Under the pieces are notes generated by a model. That model searched no databases. It was not told where the DNA came from and was given only the letters and a program-made list of their open reading frames with translations. Positions 55,950 to 64,000 of a stretch of DNA of 64,000 nucleotides are shown here, in pieces. Within the stretch, counting starts at the first letter, position 1. The number at the start of each line of letters is the position of its first letter. This stretch comes from a bacterium (GTDB lineage Bacteria > 4484-113 > JAGGVC01): positions 30,158-94,157 of the forward strand of contig JABRWB010000008.1 in assembly GCA_039961635.1 (NCBI GenBank), read 5' to 3'. The position numbers and the translations under genes were made by a program.

Positions 55950-56222
55950 ATGAAGGTCTTGAAGTTTTTAAAAATCGGATTGAAGGAAGTCTGGCGGTAC
56001 GCGAAGTGGCTGTGGAAGCATTACGACGAGATCGCACCGGTGATCGAAATAATCCGCAGGCTCGCGGGCGAGGCCGAGGAGGCGTTCGACTCCGGCGAGG
56101 ACAAACGCCGGTTCGTCGCGCGGCGCGCCGCGCGGGCGCTCGCCTGCAGCGGGACGGCGAAGACGACGCGTAATCTTTTGATCGAGCGCGCGGCGGCGGA
56201 CGCGAAGGACGGTGCGCTGTGA
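55950..56222 (+). CDS. Small basic amphipathic protein (90 aa), holin/lysis-accessory position
   Basis: CTAAGGAGAAATCA-ATG. N-terminal amphipathic helix KVLKFLKIGLKEVWRYAKWLWKHY. Confidence 0.4.
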   Translation: MKVLKFLKIGLKEVWRYAKWLWKHYDEIAPVIEIIRRLAGEAEEAFDSGEDKRRFVARRAARALACSGTAKTTRNLLIERAAADAKDGAL

Positions 56223-56548
56223 ATCCGGAAATCACGACGACGGGAGCGATACTTGCGGGTCTCGCGGCGCTCGTCACCGCGGCAAGCGCCGGGATGGCGC
56301 GTGTAATCGCGGAGCTGCGCAAAATATCCAACGGCAACATGCAGCGGATCGACGAGAGGCTGGCCGAGATTGCGAAACTGGAGCGCGCGAATTTGATGAT
56401 GGGGGGGAAGATATTGCGGGCCATCCGCGGCCTCGGCGCGGACGGCAATTCGCCCCCCGTCAAAAAACGCGCGGGGCGCGCGGAGGGCGCGCCCGCTCTG
56501 ATTCCGCATCCATCTACAATGGAGGGCGATGGCAGGAATGACGGATAA
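56219..56548 (+). CDS. Small membrane protein (109 aa), holin-like
   Basis: One clear TM segment GAILAGLAALVTAASAGMARVIA followed by a charged tail. It sits immediately before the endolysin and overlaps it. Confidence 0.45.
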   Translation: MNPEITTTGAILAGLAALVTAASAGMARVIAELRKISNGNMQRIDERLAEIAKLERANLMMGGKILRAIRGLGADGNSPPVKKRAGRAEGAPALIPHPSTMEGDGRNDG

Positions 56549-57077
56549 ATTCGCATCGCCGCTGATGCGCGGAACGCTTGAGGTCGCGCGCGGATTCGTC
56601 GGCGTGCGCGAGGAGCCGCCCGGCTCCAACTGGGGCAAGGAAATCGAGCGGTTTCTCGCGAGCACCGGGATAAGGACGCCCGCGCCATGGTGCGCCGCGT
56701 TCGTATATTTCTGCGTTAAGAGCGCGGCGACGGAACTCCGCGTCGAAAATCCGTTCGCGAAAATCAAGCTCAAGGCGTACACGCCCGCGTGGCTCGAATG
56801 GGCGGATGCGCACGGGGAAAAGCTGACGGGTGGAAAGGCTGCGGCGCTTTCGCCGGCGGAATTCGCTCGCGAAATTCCGCCCGGAACGATATTCCTTCTT
56901 TATTATCCGAAGCTCAAGCGCGTCGGACACATTGGATTCATAGCGGGCGCGCCGGACGAATCGGGTTACATCCCGACTATCGAGGGAAACACGGATCTGC
57001 GCGGATCGCGCACAGGCGGCGGCGTAATTCTGCGAACGCGCAGACTGCGCGGGATATACAGGCTTGTCCGGTATTGA
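56529..57077 (+). CDS. CHAP-domain peptidoglycan hydrolase (endolysin)
   Basis: Catalytic Cys in APWCAAFVYFC, His in RVGHIGFIAG, and EGNTD as the polar third residue. 182 aa. Confidence 0.7.
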   Translation: MAGMTDKFASPLMRGTLEVARGFVGVREEPPGSNWGKEIERFLASTGIRTPAPWCAAFVYFCVKSAATELRVENPFAKIKLKAYTPAWLEWADAHGEKLTGGKAAALSPAEFAREIPPGTIFLLYYPKLKRVGHIGFIAGAPDESGYIPTIEGNTDLRGSRTGGGVILRTRRLRGIYRLVRY

Positions 57078-57106
57078 ACAGCCTGGAGTAAAATTGAGTC
57101 GGTGAC

Positions 57107-58036
57107 TTGCGATTGAGTCCTTCAATTAAAAAACGGATTTTGCTTTTATCCATCGCTTTCGCCATGCTGGCGGCGCTAACGGCCGCGGCGTTTTCGCAGA
57201 CGGGCGAGCGCATCCGCGGGCTTCTGCGCGATTTCAAATACGTCGCGAATGTCAGGTACGCTGAAGGCGGCGGAAAGTACCACCTTCTGGATGTATTCGC
57301 CCCTAGGATAGTCCCCGATTCGCCGATGCCCGTCGTCGTCTATATCCACGGCGGCGGATGGCGCAGGGGCGACAAGATAAGCGGCAAGACTTTTATGGCC
57401 GCGCTTGCCGAGGCCGGATTCATCGTCGTTTCGATCAACTACCGGCTGGCGCCTGACTCCAAATGGCCGGCGCAGATCGAGGATTGCAAGGCCGCGATAC
57501 GCTGGGTGCGGAAGAACATCGCGTCCTACGGCGGCGATCCGCGGCGCATCGGCGTGTTCGGGCTTTCCGCGGGAGGCCACCTCGCCGCGCTTCTGGGCAC
57601 ATCCGGCGGCGTTGCCGCACTAGAAGGCGATCTGGGAGAGCGCAACATGTCCAGCCGCGTAGACGCCGTGTGCGACTGGTTCGGGCCGTCCGATTTCACC
57701 ATCCTGGGCAGGCGCGCGAGCAAAGAACACAAAGGGATCCTGGAGGGCTTCCTGGGCGGAAAGCTTGATGAAGTCCGTGACAGGGCGATTGCGGCGTCGC
57801 CGGTCACGTACATAGACCGCGACGACCCGCCGTTTCTGATCATCCACGGCGATTCGGACCCGCTGGTTCCGGTGGAGCAGTCCGAGCGGCTGCACGGGCT
57901 GCTTGCGGAGGCGGGCGTCGAAAGCGAGCTAATCGTGGTACCGGGAGGAAAGCACGGAGATTTCCGCGGCACCCATCCGGACGGGCGCGAACTGACGGCG
58001 CTGATGGTCGAGTTTTTCGAAAAGCATCTGAAATAG
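57107..58036 (+). CDS. Secreted alpha/beta-hydrolase-fold esterase/lipase (HGGG-type carboxylesterase family)
   Basis: Signal peptide. Oxyanion-hole motif VVVYIHGGGW. Nucleophile elbow GLSAGGHLAA. IIHGDSDPLVP and HGDF supply the Asp and His of the triad. TTG start. Confidence 0.85.
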   Translation: MRLSPSIKKRILLLSIAFAMLAALTAAAFSQTGERIRGLLRDFKYVANVRYAEGGGKYHLLDVFAPRIVPDSPMPVVVYIHGGGWRRGDKISGKTFMAALAEAGFIVVSINYRLAPDSKWPAQIEDCKAAIRWVRKNIASYGGDPRRIGVFGLSAGGHLAALLGTSGGVAALEGDLGERNMSSRVDAVCDWFGPSDFTILGRRASKEHKGILEGFLGGKLDEVRDRAIAASPVTYIDRDDPPFLIIHGDSDPLVPVEQSERLHGLLAEAGVESELIVVPGGKHGDFRGTHPDGRELTALMVEFFEKHLK

Positions 58037-58127
58037 TCCCGTTCCCTTTTTGCGCCGTTCCGGATAACCGCCGTAAATTGAAGGTACAATAATTGCGGCC
58101 GAGTTTTGCGGCCGGACAAATATTCAA

Positions 58128-60704
58128 ATGGCCCGTGGCCGGAAGAAACTTGCGCGACCAGCCGCGTCAAAAGGCGCAAAAGCTTCAATTTGCGCTTTGC
58201 TTTTAACCGCTGCGCTTTCCTGCGGGGGCGGGAATGCACCGCCGCGGAAGGATTCCCATTTTGCAATGGATGGAAGTCTCTCACAGGAGGCATCGCAACT
58301 TTTCGCGTCAATTTCGAACGAAAGTCCCGATCCCGCGATAATGGCGTTGCTGCTTGACGCGCTTGACGACAAGTTGAAGGAATTCCATCCCGAAGGGAAA
58401 ATCCGGTCCTCCGTCCCCAAAGGAGAAGCCGGCAAGGTTTACGACCTTTCGTACGACCAGGGTACGAAAACCTTGTCCTGGAGCTACGTCAACCGAGGGG
58501 ATTACGATTTTTCGGGCGAGGTCGGGCTGTCCGATCTGACTCCCATCGCGATTTATTACCAAGCCAAAACCGGAGACGGCATCGGAGACGACCAACGCGA
58601 GCGCACGGTGGATGGAAACGGCGACGGAGAGGTGGATATAAAGGACATAAATCCAATCGCTCTCTCTTACCTTGCCGATGTTGCGTCGTACCGGATACTC
58701 ACTTCGTCCGAAGCTGGCGGCGAATACACCGCAATCGGAGAAATCGAATACGCGCAAAACGGCGGCGGCCATCCGCCGAAATTCGTCATACCCCTTCCGG
58801 ACGCGGCACACGCGTTCGTCGCGGTCGTGCCGCTCGACGGAAGCGGTACGCCCGGAGAACAAAGCGATCCGGTTCAGGTGGGACAGAGGCCGCTGATTTT
58901 TGAAGTCGGCCCGTCCGGGGGAAAATCCGGCGCGGCGGTGGTTTTTTCGGCCAGCGTCGCGGGCACGCCGCCGCTGTCGTACGCTTGGAGTTTCGGCGAT
59001 GCCGCGTCGCCGTCCGTTGCGGCTGTGCCTTCCCCTACCGTCGTGCTGGGAGCAGCGGGCGAATATTCGTGCAGCCTCGCGGTTACCAATAAGTACGGCC
59101 TGGCGGAATATGATTTCGAGGTTTCGGTTTATTCCGCCCCATCCGCGCAAATCAGGGCCACTCCCGCATCGGGGAATCCTCCCCTAGTAGTGCTGCTCGA
59201 CGCGTCGGGCAGCACGGCCGGCTCCGGTGCGATCGTGCTTTACGAATGGGACGCGGACGGCGACGGCGCGTACGAGTCGACATCGGGAAGCACGCCGGAA
59301 ATATCCGCGACCTACAATACTCCGGGCGTTTATTTCCCCGCCGTCAGAATCACGGATTCCATGGCGAACCAAGCGACCGCCTCCACGCAGGTTCGGGCCA
59401 ACTCGGCGCCTTTCGCCGATTTATCGGTTGATCCCCGGTCGGGCGCCGCGCCGCTGACCGTCGTGCTGGACGCTTCCTCAAGCCTCGACCCGGACGGGAC
59501 TATTGTTTCGTACGAATTCGATTTCGACGGCGACGGTGCGTGGGACACTCCTCGGCAACCGCAAAGTTCGATCCAACATCAGTATTCCGTACCCGGATTT
59601 TATCTGCCGTCAGTGCGCGTGACGGATTCCGACGGCGCGTCGGACGTCGAAATCGCCGCGGACGAGCTGTACATTTCCGGATGGCGGAAGAGGACTTTGG
59701 ATTCCCAAGGCTTTGTCGGAAAATACTGCTCGCTTGCGGAAATCGGGGGTGTACCGGCGGTTTCGTATTTCGACATCGGCGCCGGCGACTTGAAATTCAT
59801 CGCCGCGCTTGACGAACTGGGCGAAGCCTGGCGCCCGCCAGTCCTGGTGGATTCCGCCGGAACCGTCGGCTCGTACAGCTCCCTCGCGGAAATAGCGGAT
59901 GCGCCGGCGATTTCGTATTTCGACGCTTCAAACTCCGCAGCGAAATATGTCCGCGCCCTGGACAGCGCGGGAAGCGCTTGGGGCGAGCCGGTCATGCTTG
60001 CATCCCAAGGAAGCGTGGGCGCGAACACATCCTTGGCCGTGATAGACGGAAGGCCCGGGGTGAGCTATCTGGATATTTCGAATCACAATTTCATGTACGT
60101 AAGCTCCTTTGACGAAACCGGCGCGGCCTGGGACGCTCCGCACGTTGCGGCGGCGGGCGCGTCCGCGGGCGAGCGCAACTCGCTGACCGAGGTCGCCGGA
60201 CATCCCGCAATCACATTCGTGGAAGAATCCTCCGCGTCGCTCGCCTTCGTGCGCGCGATGGATCCGCAAGGCACGTCCTGGCCGGAGCCGGTGACAATTG
60301 ACGGAACACTCGGCGCGGGGCTTTATTCTTCGCTTGCATTCGTCGGGGGCGCTCCGGCGGTCAGCTATTTCGAAAACAACCAGTCGCGGCTGATGTTCGC
60401 AGGGGCTCTTGATCCATCCGGCTCCGAATGGAAAACGCCGCTTGGTTTGGAGTTCGGCGGGGCGGGGCTTTGGTCGTCGCTCGCCACCTATCAGGCGAAA
60501 CCGGCAATCGCGTATTTCGACTCTTCCATCAACAGGATCAAGTTCGTCGCCGCGCTCGATACAGCGGGAACCATGTGGGCGGCGCCAGAAGTCGTTGCGC
60601 AGGAAGAGGCGGAGCACCTGTCGCTTGCGATAATCGCCGGCAGGCCGGCGCTCGCGTACTACGATCCGCTCCAACTCGACCTGCGGTTCGTCGTACTTTA
60701 CTGA
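58128..60704 (+). CDS. Secreted cell-surface protein, paralog of 37273-40170: same N-terminal dockerin-like module and three PKD-like domains, fused to a different C-terminal propeller of eight repeats of about 44 aa
   Basis: 858 aa. KVYDLSYDQGTKTLSWSYVNRGDYDFSGEVGLSDLTPIAIYY...VDGNGDGEVDIKDINPIALSYL aligns by eye with RVTDLAYDPGTNTLSWSYVNLGDFDVSGEVGVSDITPIALHF...IDGDGDGVVGISDITPIALRFL of the other gene. PKD blocks (SYAWSFGDAASPS, LYEWDADGDGAYES, SYEFDFDGDGAWDT). The C-terminal repeats follow the pattern G-x-Y-SLA-x-I-x-G-x-PAISYFD-x-x-N-x-x-L-K/R-F/Y-V-x-A-L-D-x-x-G-x-x-W. Confidence 0.75.
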   Translation: MARGRKKLARPAASKGAKASICALLLTAALSCGGGNAPPRKDSHFAMDGSLSQEASQLFASISNESPDPAIMALLLDALDDKLKEFHPEGKIRSSVPKGEAGKVYDLSYDQGTKTLSWSYVNRGDYDFSGEVGLSDLTPIAIYYQAKTGDGIGDDQRERTVDGNGDGEVDIKDINPIALSYLADVASYRILTSSEAGGEYTAIGEIEYAQNGGGHPPKFVIPLPDAAHAFVAVVPLDGSGTPGEQSDPVQVGQRPLIFEVGPSGGKSGAAVVFSASVAGTPPLSYAWSFGDAASPSVAAVPSPTVVLGAAGEYSCSLAVTNKYGLAEYDFEVSVYSAPSAQIRATPASGNPPLVVLLDASGSTAGSGAIVLYEWDADGDGAYESTSGSTPEISATYNTPGVYFPAVRITDSMANQATASTQVRANSAPFADLSVDPRSGAAPLTVVLDASSSLDPDGTIVSYEFDFDGDGAWDTPRQPQSSIQHQYSVPGFYLPSVRVTDSDGASDVEIAADELYISGWRKRTLDSQGFVGKYCSLAEIGGVPAVSYFDIGAGDLKFIAALDELGEAWRPPVLVDSAGTVGSYSSLAEIADAPAISYFDASNSAAKYVRALDSAGSAWGEPVMLASQGSVGANTSLAVIDGRPGVSYLDISNHNFMYVSSFDETGAAWDAPHVAAAGASAGERNSLTEVAGHPAITFVEESSASLAFVRAMDPQGTSWPEPVTIDGTLGAGLYSSLAFVGGAPAVSYFENNQSRLMFAGALDPSGSEWKTPLGLEFGGAGLWSSLATYQAKPAIAYFDSSINRIKFVAALDTAGTMWAAPEVVAQEEAEHLSLAIIAGRPALAYYDPLQLDLRFVVLY

Positions 60705-60738
60705 CGATCCCGCGGCGCCGCGCTTATAATTCAATCCC

Positions 60739-62124
60739 TTGAAAGATTCAATCAAAACGTTTCGCGAAACTCCGGGCGCGGGATCGGGATTGCACGTAGA
60801 TCTGTACGAGATTACGATGGCCGCGGGGTATTATTTCAGCGGCCGCGCCGATGAAATCGCCCACTTCGAGCTGTTCATCCGGGGAGGCGGGCCTAATCGA
60901 ATCCACGCGCGAAATTACTACGTATACGCCGGGCTGGAAGCCGCCCTGGATTTCATCCGCGGGTGGGGATTTTCGGACGACGACGTCCGCTATTTGAAAA
61001 ACCTGCCGGCCCTTTCGCACCTGGACGATTCGTTTTTTTCGCTCCTGCGGGGGCTCGAATTCACGGGCGACGTTTTTTCGTTCCCGGAAGGCAGCGTCGT
61101 TTTCCCTGACGAGCCGATATTGCGCGTCCGCGCTCCGATAATCCAGGCGCAGCTTTTGGAAACCGCGCTTTTGGCGATAGTCAACCACCAGACCACGATC
61201 GCCACCAAGGCGGCCCGCGTCGCGCATGCCGCGCGCGGGCGCGCCGTCGCGGAGTTCGGCGCGAGGCGCGCGCACGGTTTGGGCGCGGCGGAGTGGGGCG
61301 CACGCGCGGCTTATATCGGAGGCTGCGCGTCCACATCGAATTGCGCGGCCGGACGACGGTTCGGCATCCCTGTGGTCGGCACGCTAGCCCACTCGTGGAT
61401 AATGAGCTTCGAAAGCGAGCAAGAGGCGTTCGAAGCCTACGCCGGGGTGTTTCCGGACGGCATTGTTTTGCTGATAGACACTTACGACACGCTGGAAGGC
61501 GCGAAGCTCGCCGCCGGATTCGGAGCGAAGCTGAAGGGCGTGAGGCTGGACAGCGGCGACATCGCCGCGCTCTCGAAGGAAGTGCGCGGGATACTTGACG
61601 CGGGGGGGGCGAAGCAGGCGATCATCTTCGCCAGCGGAGACCTGAACGAAGACAAGATTTCGTCGCTTATCGAAGGCGGCGCGCCCGTGGACGCGTTCGG
61701 AGTGGGAACGGATTTGATAACAAGCCGCGACCTTCCCGCGCTGGGCGGAGTTTACAAGCTTGTCGCGCTCGAAAATCCGCTCACCGGCGAAATGGAATAC
61801 AAACGCAAGCTTTCGCGCGACAAGGCCACGCTTCCCGGCCCGAAGCAGGTGGGACGCTCAACTGACGCGGACGGTTTTTATGCGGCGGACTTGTTGCTTC
61901 TTTATGGCGAGGAGCCGCCGCAGGGTTATGCGCCGCAGCATGTCAAAGTTCTGGAGAACGGCCGAGCTTTGCTCGAACCTCCCGTCACAGCCGAAGTCCG
62001 CGAACGCGCCATGGGCGAGCTGGCCAAGCTTCCGCCGCGTCTTCACGAGCGGTCCGCGCAGCCTTACCCGGTCGAGATGGGCGCCGCGTTGGCAAGGCTA
62101 GTGGCCGACGGGGTTGGCTGTTAA
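60739..62124 (+). CDS. pncB: Nicotinate phosphoribosyltransferase
   Basis: VDLYEITMAAGYY N-terminal motif, HSWIMSFESEQEAFEAY, and the conserved TLAHSW His region. 461 aa. Confidence 0.85.
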   Translation: MKDSIKTFRETPGAGSGLHVDLYEITMAAGYYFSGRADEIAHFELFIRGGGPNRIHARNYYVYAGLEAALDFIRGWGFSDDDVRYLKNLPALSHLDDSFFSLLRGLEFTGDVFSFPEGSVVFPDEPILRVRAPIIQAQLLETALLAIVNHQTTIATKAARVAHAARGRAVAEFGARRAHGLGAAEWGARAAYIGGCASTSNCAAGRRFGIPVVGTLAHSWIMSFESEQEAFEAYAGVFPDGIVLLIDTYDTLEGAKLAAGFGAKLKGVRLDSGDIAALSKEVRGILDAGGAKQAIIFASGDLNEDKISSLIEGGAPVDAFGVGTDLITSRDLPALGGVYKLVALENPLTGEMEYKRKLSRDKATLPGPKQVGRSTDADGFYAADLLLLYGEEPPQGYAPQHVKVLENGRALLEPPVTAEVRERAMGELAKLPPRLHERSAQPYPVEMGAALARLVADGVGC

Positions 62125-62155
62125 AGGGAAGTGAAGTAATATTTCCGGCGGTGAA

Positions 62156-62791
62156 GTGAAGATGAAGCCGATTTACATAGACATCGACACCCAACATGAT
62201 TTTATGGACTCGGACGGAGCGCTTAGCGTGCCCGGCGCGGCCAAGCTTGTGCCGAACATCGCCCGGTTGTACGCGGCTGCAAGGGAACGCGGCATACCGG
62301 TGATTGCAACCATGGACGCGCACTCGCAAAACGATCCGGAGTTCGAGGAGTACGGCTTTCCGCCGCACTGCGTGAGGGGCACCCACGGCCAGGAAAAGAT
62401 TCCCGCGACGATCGGAATGAAAAACTCGCTTATCACGCGCGAGGGAACGGGGGAACTGTCGTATTTGCCGCCTCAGGTGATAATCGAAAAAGTCGCGTTC
62501 AGCGTTTTCACCAATCCGCACGCGGAAAACCTGATACTTCGCCGGGTGCCGCAGCTTGCGGGCATAACTCCCGGCGAGGCCGCGTACGTGGTGTTCGGCG
62601 TCGCGACGGACTATTGCGTCAAGGCGGCGGCTATTGGGCTGGCGGAGCGCGGAGCGAAGGTTTTCGTGGTCGAGGATGCGATCGCGCCGGTAGAGGAAGA
62701 ATCGGGGAAAAGCGCGGTGGATGAAATGAAATCCGCGGGCGTGGTTTTTATAAGCACGGACGAAGCATTGTCCCTGGGAACCGAAGAGTAA
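62156..62791 (+). CDS. pncA: Nicotinamidase/pyrazinamidase (isochorismatase family)
   Basis: IDIDTQHDFMDSDGALSVPGAA (Asp of the triad), ATMDAHS (metal His), FGVATDYCVKAAA (catalytic Cys). Adjacent to pncB, forming the NAD salvage pair. Confidence 0.85.
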   Translation: MKMKPIYIDIDTQHDFMDSDGALSVPGAAKLVPNIARLYAAARERGIPVIATMDAHSQNDPEFEEYGFPPHCVRGTHGQEKIPATIGMKNSLITREGTGELSYLPPQVIIEKVAFSVFTNPHAENLILRRVPQLAGITPGEAAYVVFGVATDYCVKAAAIGLAERGAKVFVVEDAIAPVEEESGKSAVDEMKSAGVVFISTDEALSLGTEE

Positions 62792-62837
62792 GTCCTTCAG
62801 CCCCGTCGCCGTCGCGCCAAGCCAAAGCGGAAGCGGA

Positions 62838-63842
62838 TTACTTTTTGCCGAACGGCCAAAAACCCTTTTTGGCGCCGCCCCTTTCGCCCTCGATCTGCGC
62901 GACCAACTGCTCGGCGTTGAGGTTGCGCCACTGCTGCTCTTTGAGACAGGCAAGCACGTGATCCTTCAACGCCGGCTTGGGCTTGCCAAGCAGGTCGGTG
63001 AACTGCATCCCGGATGCGATCGCGCCTTTGAAGTTGCTGTCGCGTATGAAAACTATCTGGCCGCGGAACGCGACCTTGTCGAAACGCGCGTTGACGAACT
63101 GGCACTTCTGGATTTTTTTCGGATTCTGTATGACCGCGCCGGTGAAGTTGGCGCCCGTGAAGTTGCATTCGGTGAACTCGCAATCGTAAAAAACCGTTCC
63201 CTGAAGGTTGGCGCCAGTCAGGTTGCAGGAGCGGAAATTGATTTTTTCAAGGACGGTGTCCGAAATATTGGCGCCGCTCAACTCCACGTCGTACAGGTCG
63301 AGGTTGTCCGTCTCCACTCCGATTTGGGTTTTCCCGCCGTTGGACGGCCGCCCCAGCCATTCCCTCAGATCGGCGTTGGACCAGTTCAGGCGTATCCGGC
63401 TGGAGTGAATCGCGTAGTATTTCTCGATAAGGCGCTTGAACTCCGCGCGATCCTTGAGAAGTTTCAAAAATTCTTCGTCGCTGAAGGACGTGTCGCTCGA
63501 GCGCTTCCTCACTCCTTCCTCGCTCGACCACGGCTCCGGACTGTCCTTGCCGCCCGGATCTTTGCCGATCTTGGGCTCGTCGTGCTTGGGCTCCTGCTTG
63601 TACGTGATCACCTTTTCGCCGCGGAGCCTAAGCAGGTTGTCGTAGTCGGCGCGCTTTTTCGGATCGCTTAGCACCCTGTAAGCTTCGTTGATCTCGGCGG
63701 ATTTGATCGTCGCTTCTTCGCGCGGCAGCTCCGAGAGGTCGGGATGGTACTTGCGCATCAACTTGCGGAACGCTTCCCTGATCTCGTCGGGGGTCGCATC
63801 GGTTTTGAGGCCGAGAATCTGGTAGTAATTGAGTGTCGCCAT
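62838..63842 (-). CDS. DnaJ (J-domain) protein with C-terminal pentapeptide-repeat domain
   Basis: J domain YYQILGL...KYHPDLS (HPD motif). The C-terminal tandem pentapeptide repeats are CNLTGANLQGTVFYDCEFTECNFTGANFTGAVIQN. Confidence 0.85.
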   Translation of the reverse strand: MATLNYYQILGLKTDATPDEIREAFRKLMRKYHPDLSELPREEATIKSAEINEAYRVLSDPKKRADYDNLLRLRGEKVITYKQEPKHDEPKIGKDPGGKDSPEPWSSEEGVRKRSSDTSFSDEEFLKLLKDRAEFKRLIEKYYAIHSSRIRLNWSNADLREWLGRPSNGGKTQIGVETDNLDLYDVELSGANISDTVLEKINFRSCNLTGANLQGTVFYDCEFTECNFTGANFTGAVIQNPKKIQKCQFVNARFDKVAFRGQIVFIRDSNFKGAIASGMQFTDLLGKPKPALKDHVLACLKEQQWRNLNAEQLVAQIEGERGGAKKGFWPFGKK

Positions 63843-63940
63843 ACGACCTTGCCCGGTTATTGCGGGGCTGGCGGATTATATAGACTGCCGCTTGCAGTGT
63901 CAAACGGTTGGCGGACGCGCATCGTCGCGGCGCCGGCCGG

Positions 63941-63972
63941 AAAATGAACGGCCCGGCGTTTCGGCCGGGCCG
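63941..63972 (-). terminator. Intrinsic-terminator-like hairpin, oriented for a minus-strand transcript entering from beyond the right window edge
   Basis: CGGCCCGGC-gttt-CGGCCGGGCCG stem, followed on the minus strand by TTCATTTT. Confidence 0.3.
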
Positions 63973-64000
63973 TCTTGTACACTGGCTTTAGGTCAAGGCT

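Larger units (their letters stand above)
45752..57077 (+). mobile_element. Phage-derived head-tail-lysis gene cluster (16 co-directional genes). It is GTA-like or a defective prophage; no terminase, prohead protease, integrase, repressor or replication genes are present.
   Basis: Order: portal-like, major-capsid-like, four small head-completion/adaptor-size ORFs, tail-tube-like, two overlapping chaperone-size ORFs, short Gly-rich tape-measure-like, distal-tail-size, two large tail fibre/host-specificity proteins, two small holin-like ORFs, CHAP endolysin. Tight spacing with many stop/start overlaps. Strong TAAGGAGGAT RBS on the capsid and tail-tube genes. Confidence 0.75.

Noticed and set aside
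1-64000. Search for CRISPR arrays, tRNA/rRNA/tmRNA, integrase/transposase, reverse transcriptase (retron/DGR), restriction-modification or known defence-system genes
   Set aside because: No regularly spaced direct repeats with unique spacers were seen. No tRNA cloverleaf/T-loop signatures were seen. There are no recombinase or RT motifs. The only repeat arrays are the three attenuator-like units, the iteron inverted repeat, and short in-frame coding repeats.

Overview
This is a 64 kb window from a high-GC (about 65%) bacterial chromosome. GGAGG ribosome-binding sites and frequent GTG/TTG start codons are visible; no taxon can be assigned from sequence alone. Coding density is high and most long antisense ORFs in the track are Arg-rich artefacts of GC content. 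No rRNA, tRNA or CRISPR array was recognised.

Genes, in order along the window:
- HD-domain protein and the N-terminal fragment of an RbgA/YlqF-like GTPase (minus strand, 1-1202).
- ADP-ribosylglycohydrolase, a TfoX_N-like protein and a small hypothetical.
- A minus-strand block: two large secreted repeat proteins followed by a 1321-aa hybrid histidine kinase with a PASx3/GAFx3 sensor.
- A YbhGFSR-like efflux operon: TetR regulator with an upstream palindromic operator, HlyD adaptor, two ABC ATPases and two ABC-2 permeases.
- An AIG2/gamma-glutamylcyclotransferase-like protein.
- MntR (DtxR family) next to an Nramp/MntH transporter that is fused to a C-terminal universal-stress-protein domain.
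- A sensor kinase, a REC-PP2C response regulator and a 669-aa secreted protein.
- MreB, SppA, AMMECR1, a Memo-like protein and a PyrK-like FAD/[2Fe-2S] oxidoreductase.
- A 550-bp divergent intergenic region holding three tandem attenuator-like hairpin-plus-U-tract units.
- Immediately downstream, a three-gene operon: coiled-coil hypothetical, Ycf46-like classical AAA ATPase, hypothetical.
- A structured 0.9-kb non-coding gap.
- A secreted dockerin-like/PKDx3/SBBP beta-propeller protein whose 3' two-thirds is strongly AT-shifted.
- A membrane protein, alpha/beta hydrolase, ThiS, RibH, TpiA and a HicAB toxin-antitoxin pair.
- An 11.3-kb phage-derived cluster with head, tail and lysis genes but no terminase, protease, integrase or replication genes.
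- An esterase, a second secreted paralog with the same N-terminal module fused to a different 8-blade propeller, PncB, PncA and a DnaJ-pentapeptide protein.

The most interesting candidates are:
- the triple tandem switchable-terminator array in front of the unknown/AAA/unknown operon;
- the terminase-less, GTA-like phage cluster and its iteron-like inverted repeat between the portal and capsid genes;
- the compositionally mosaic surface-protein paralogs;
- the MntH-Usp fusion;
- the secreted-repeat-protein plus hybrid-kinase operon.

All domain calls rest on motifs read by eye. No database search was run.
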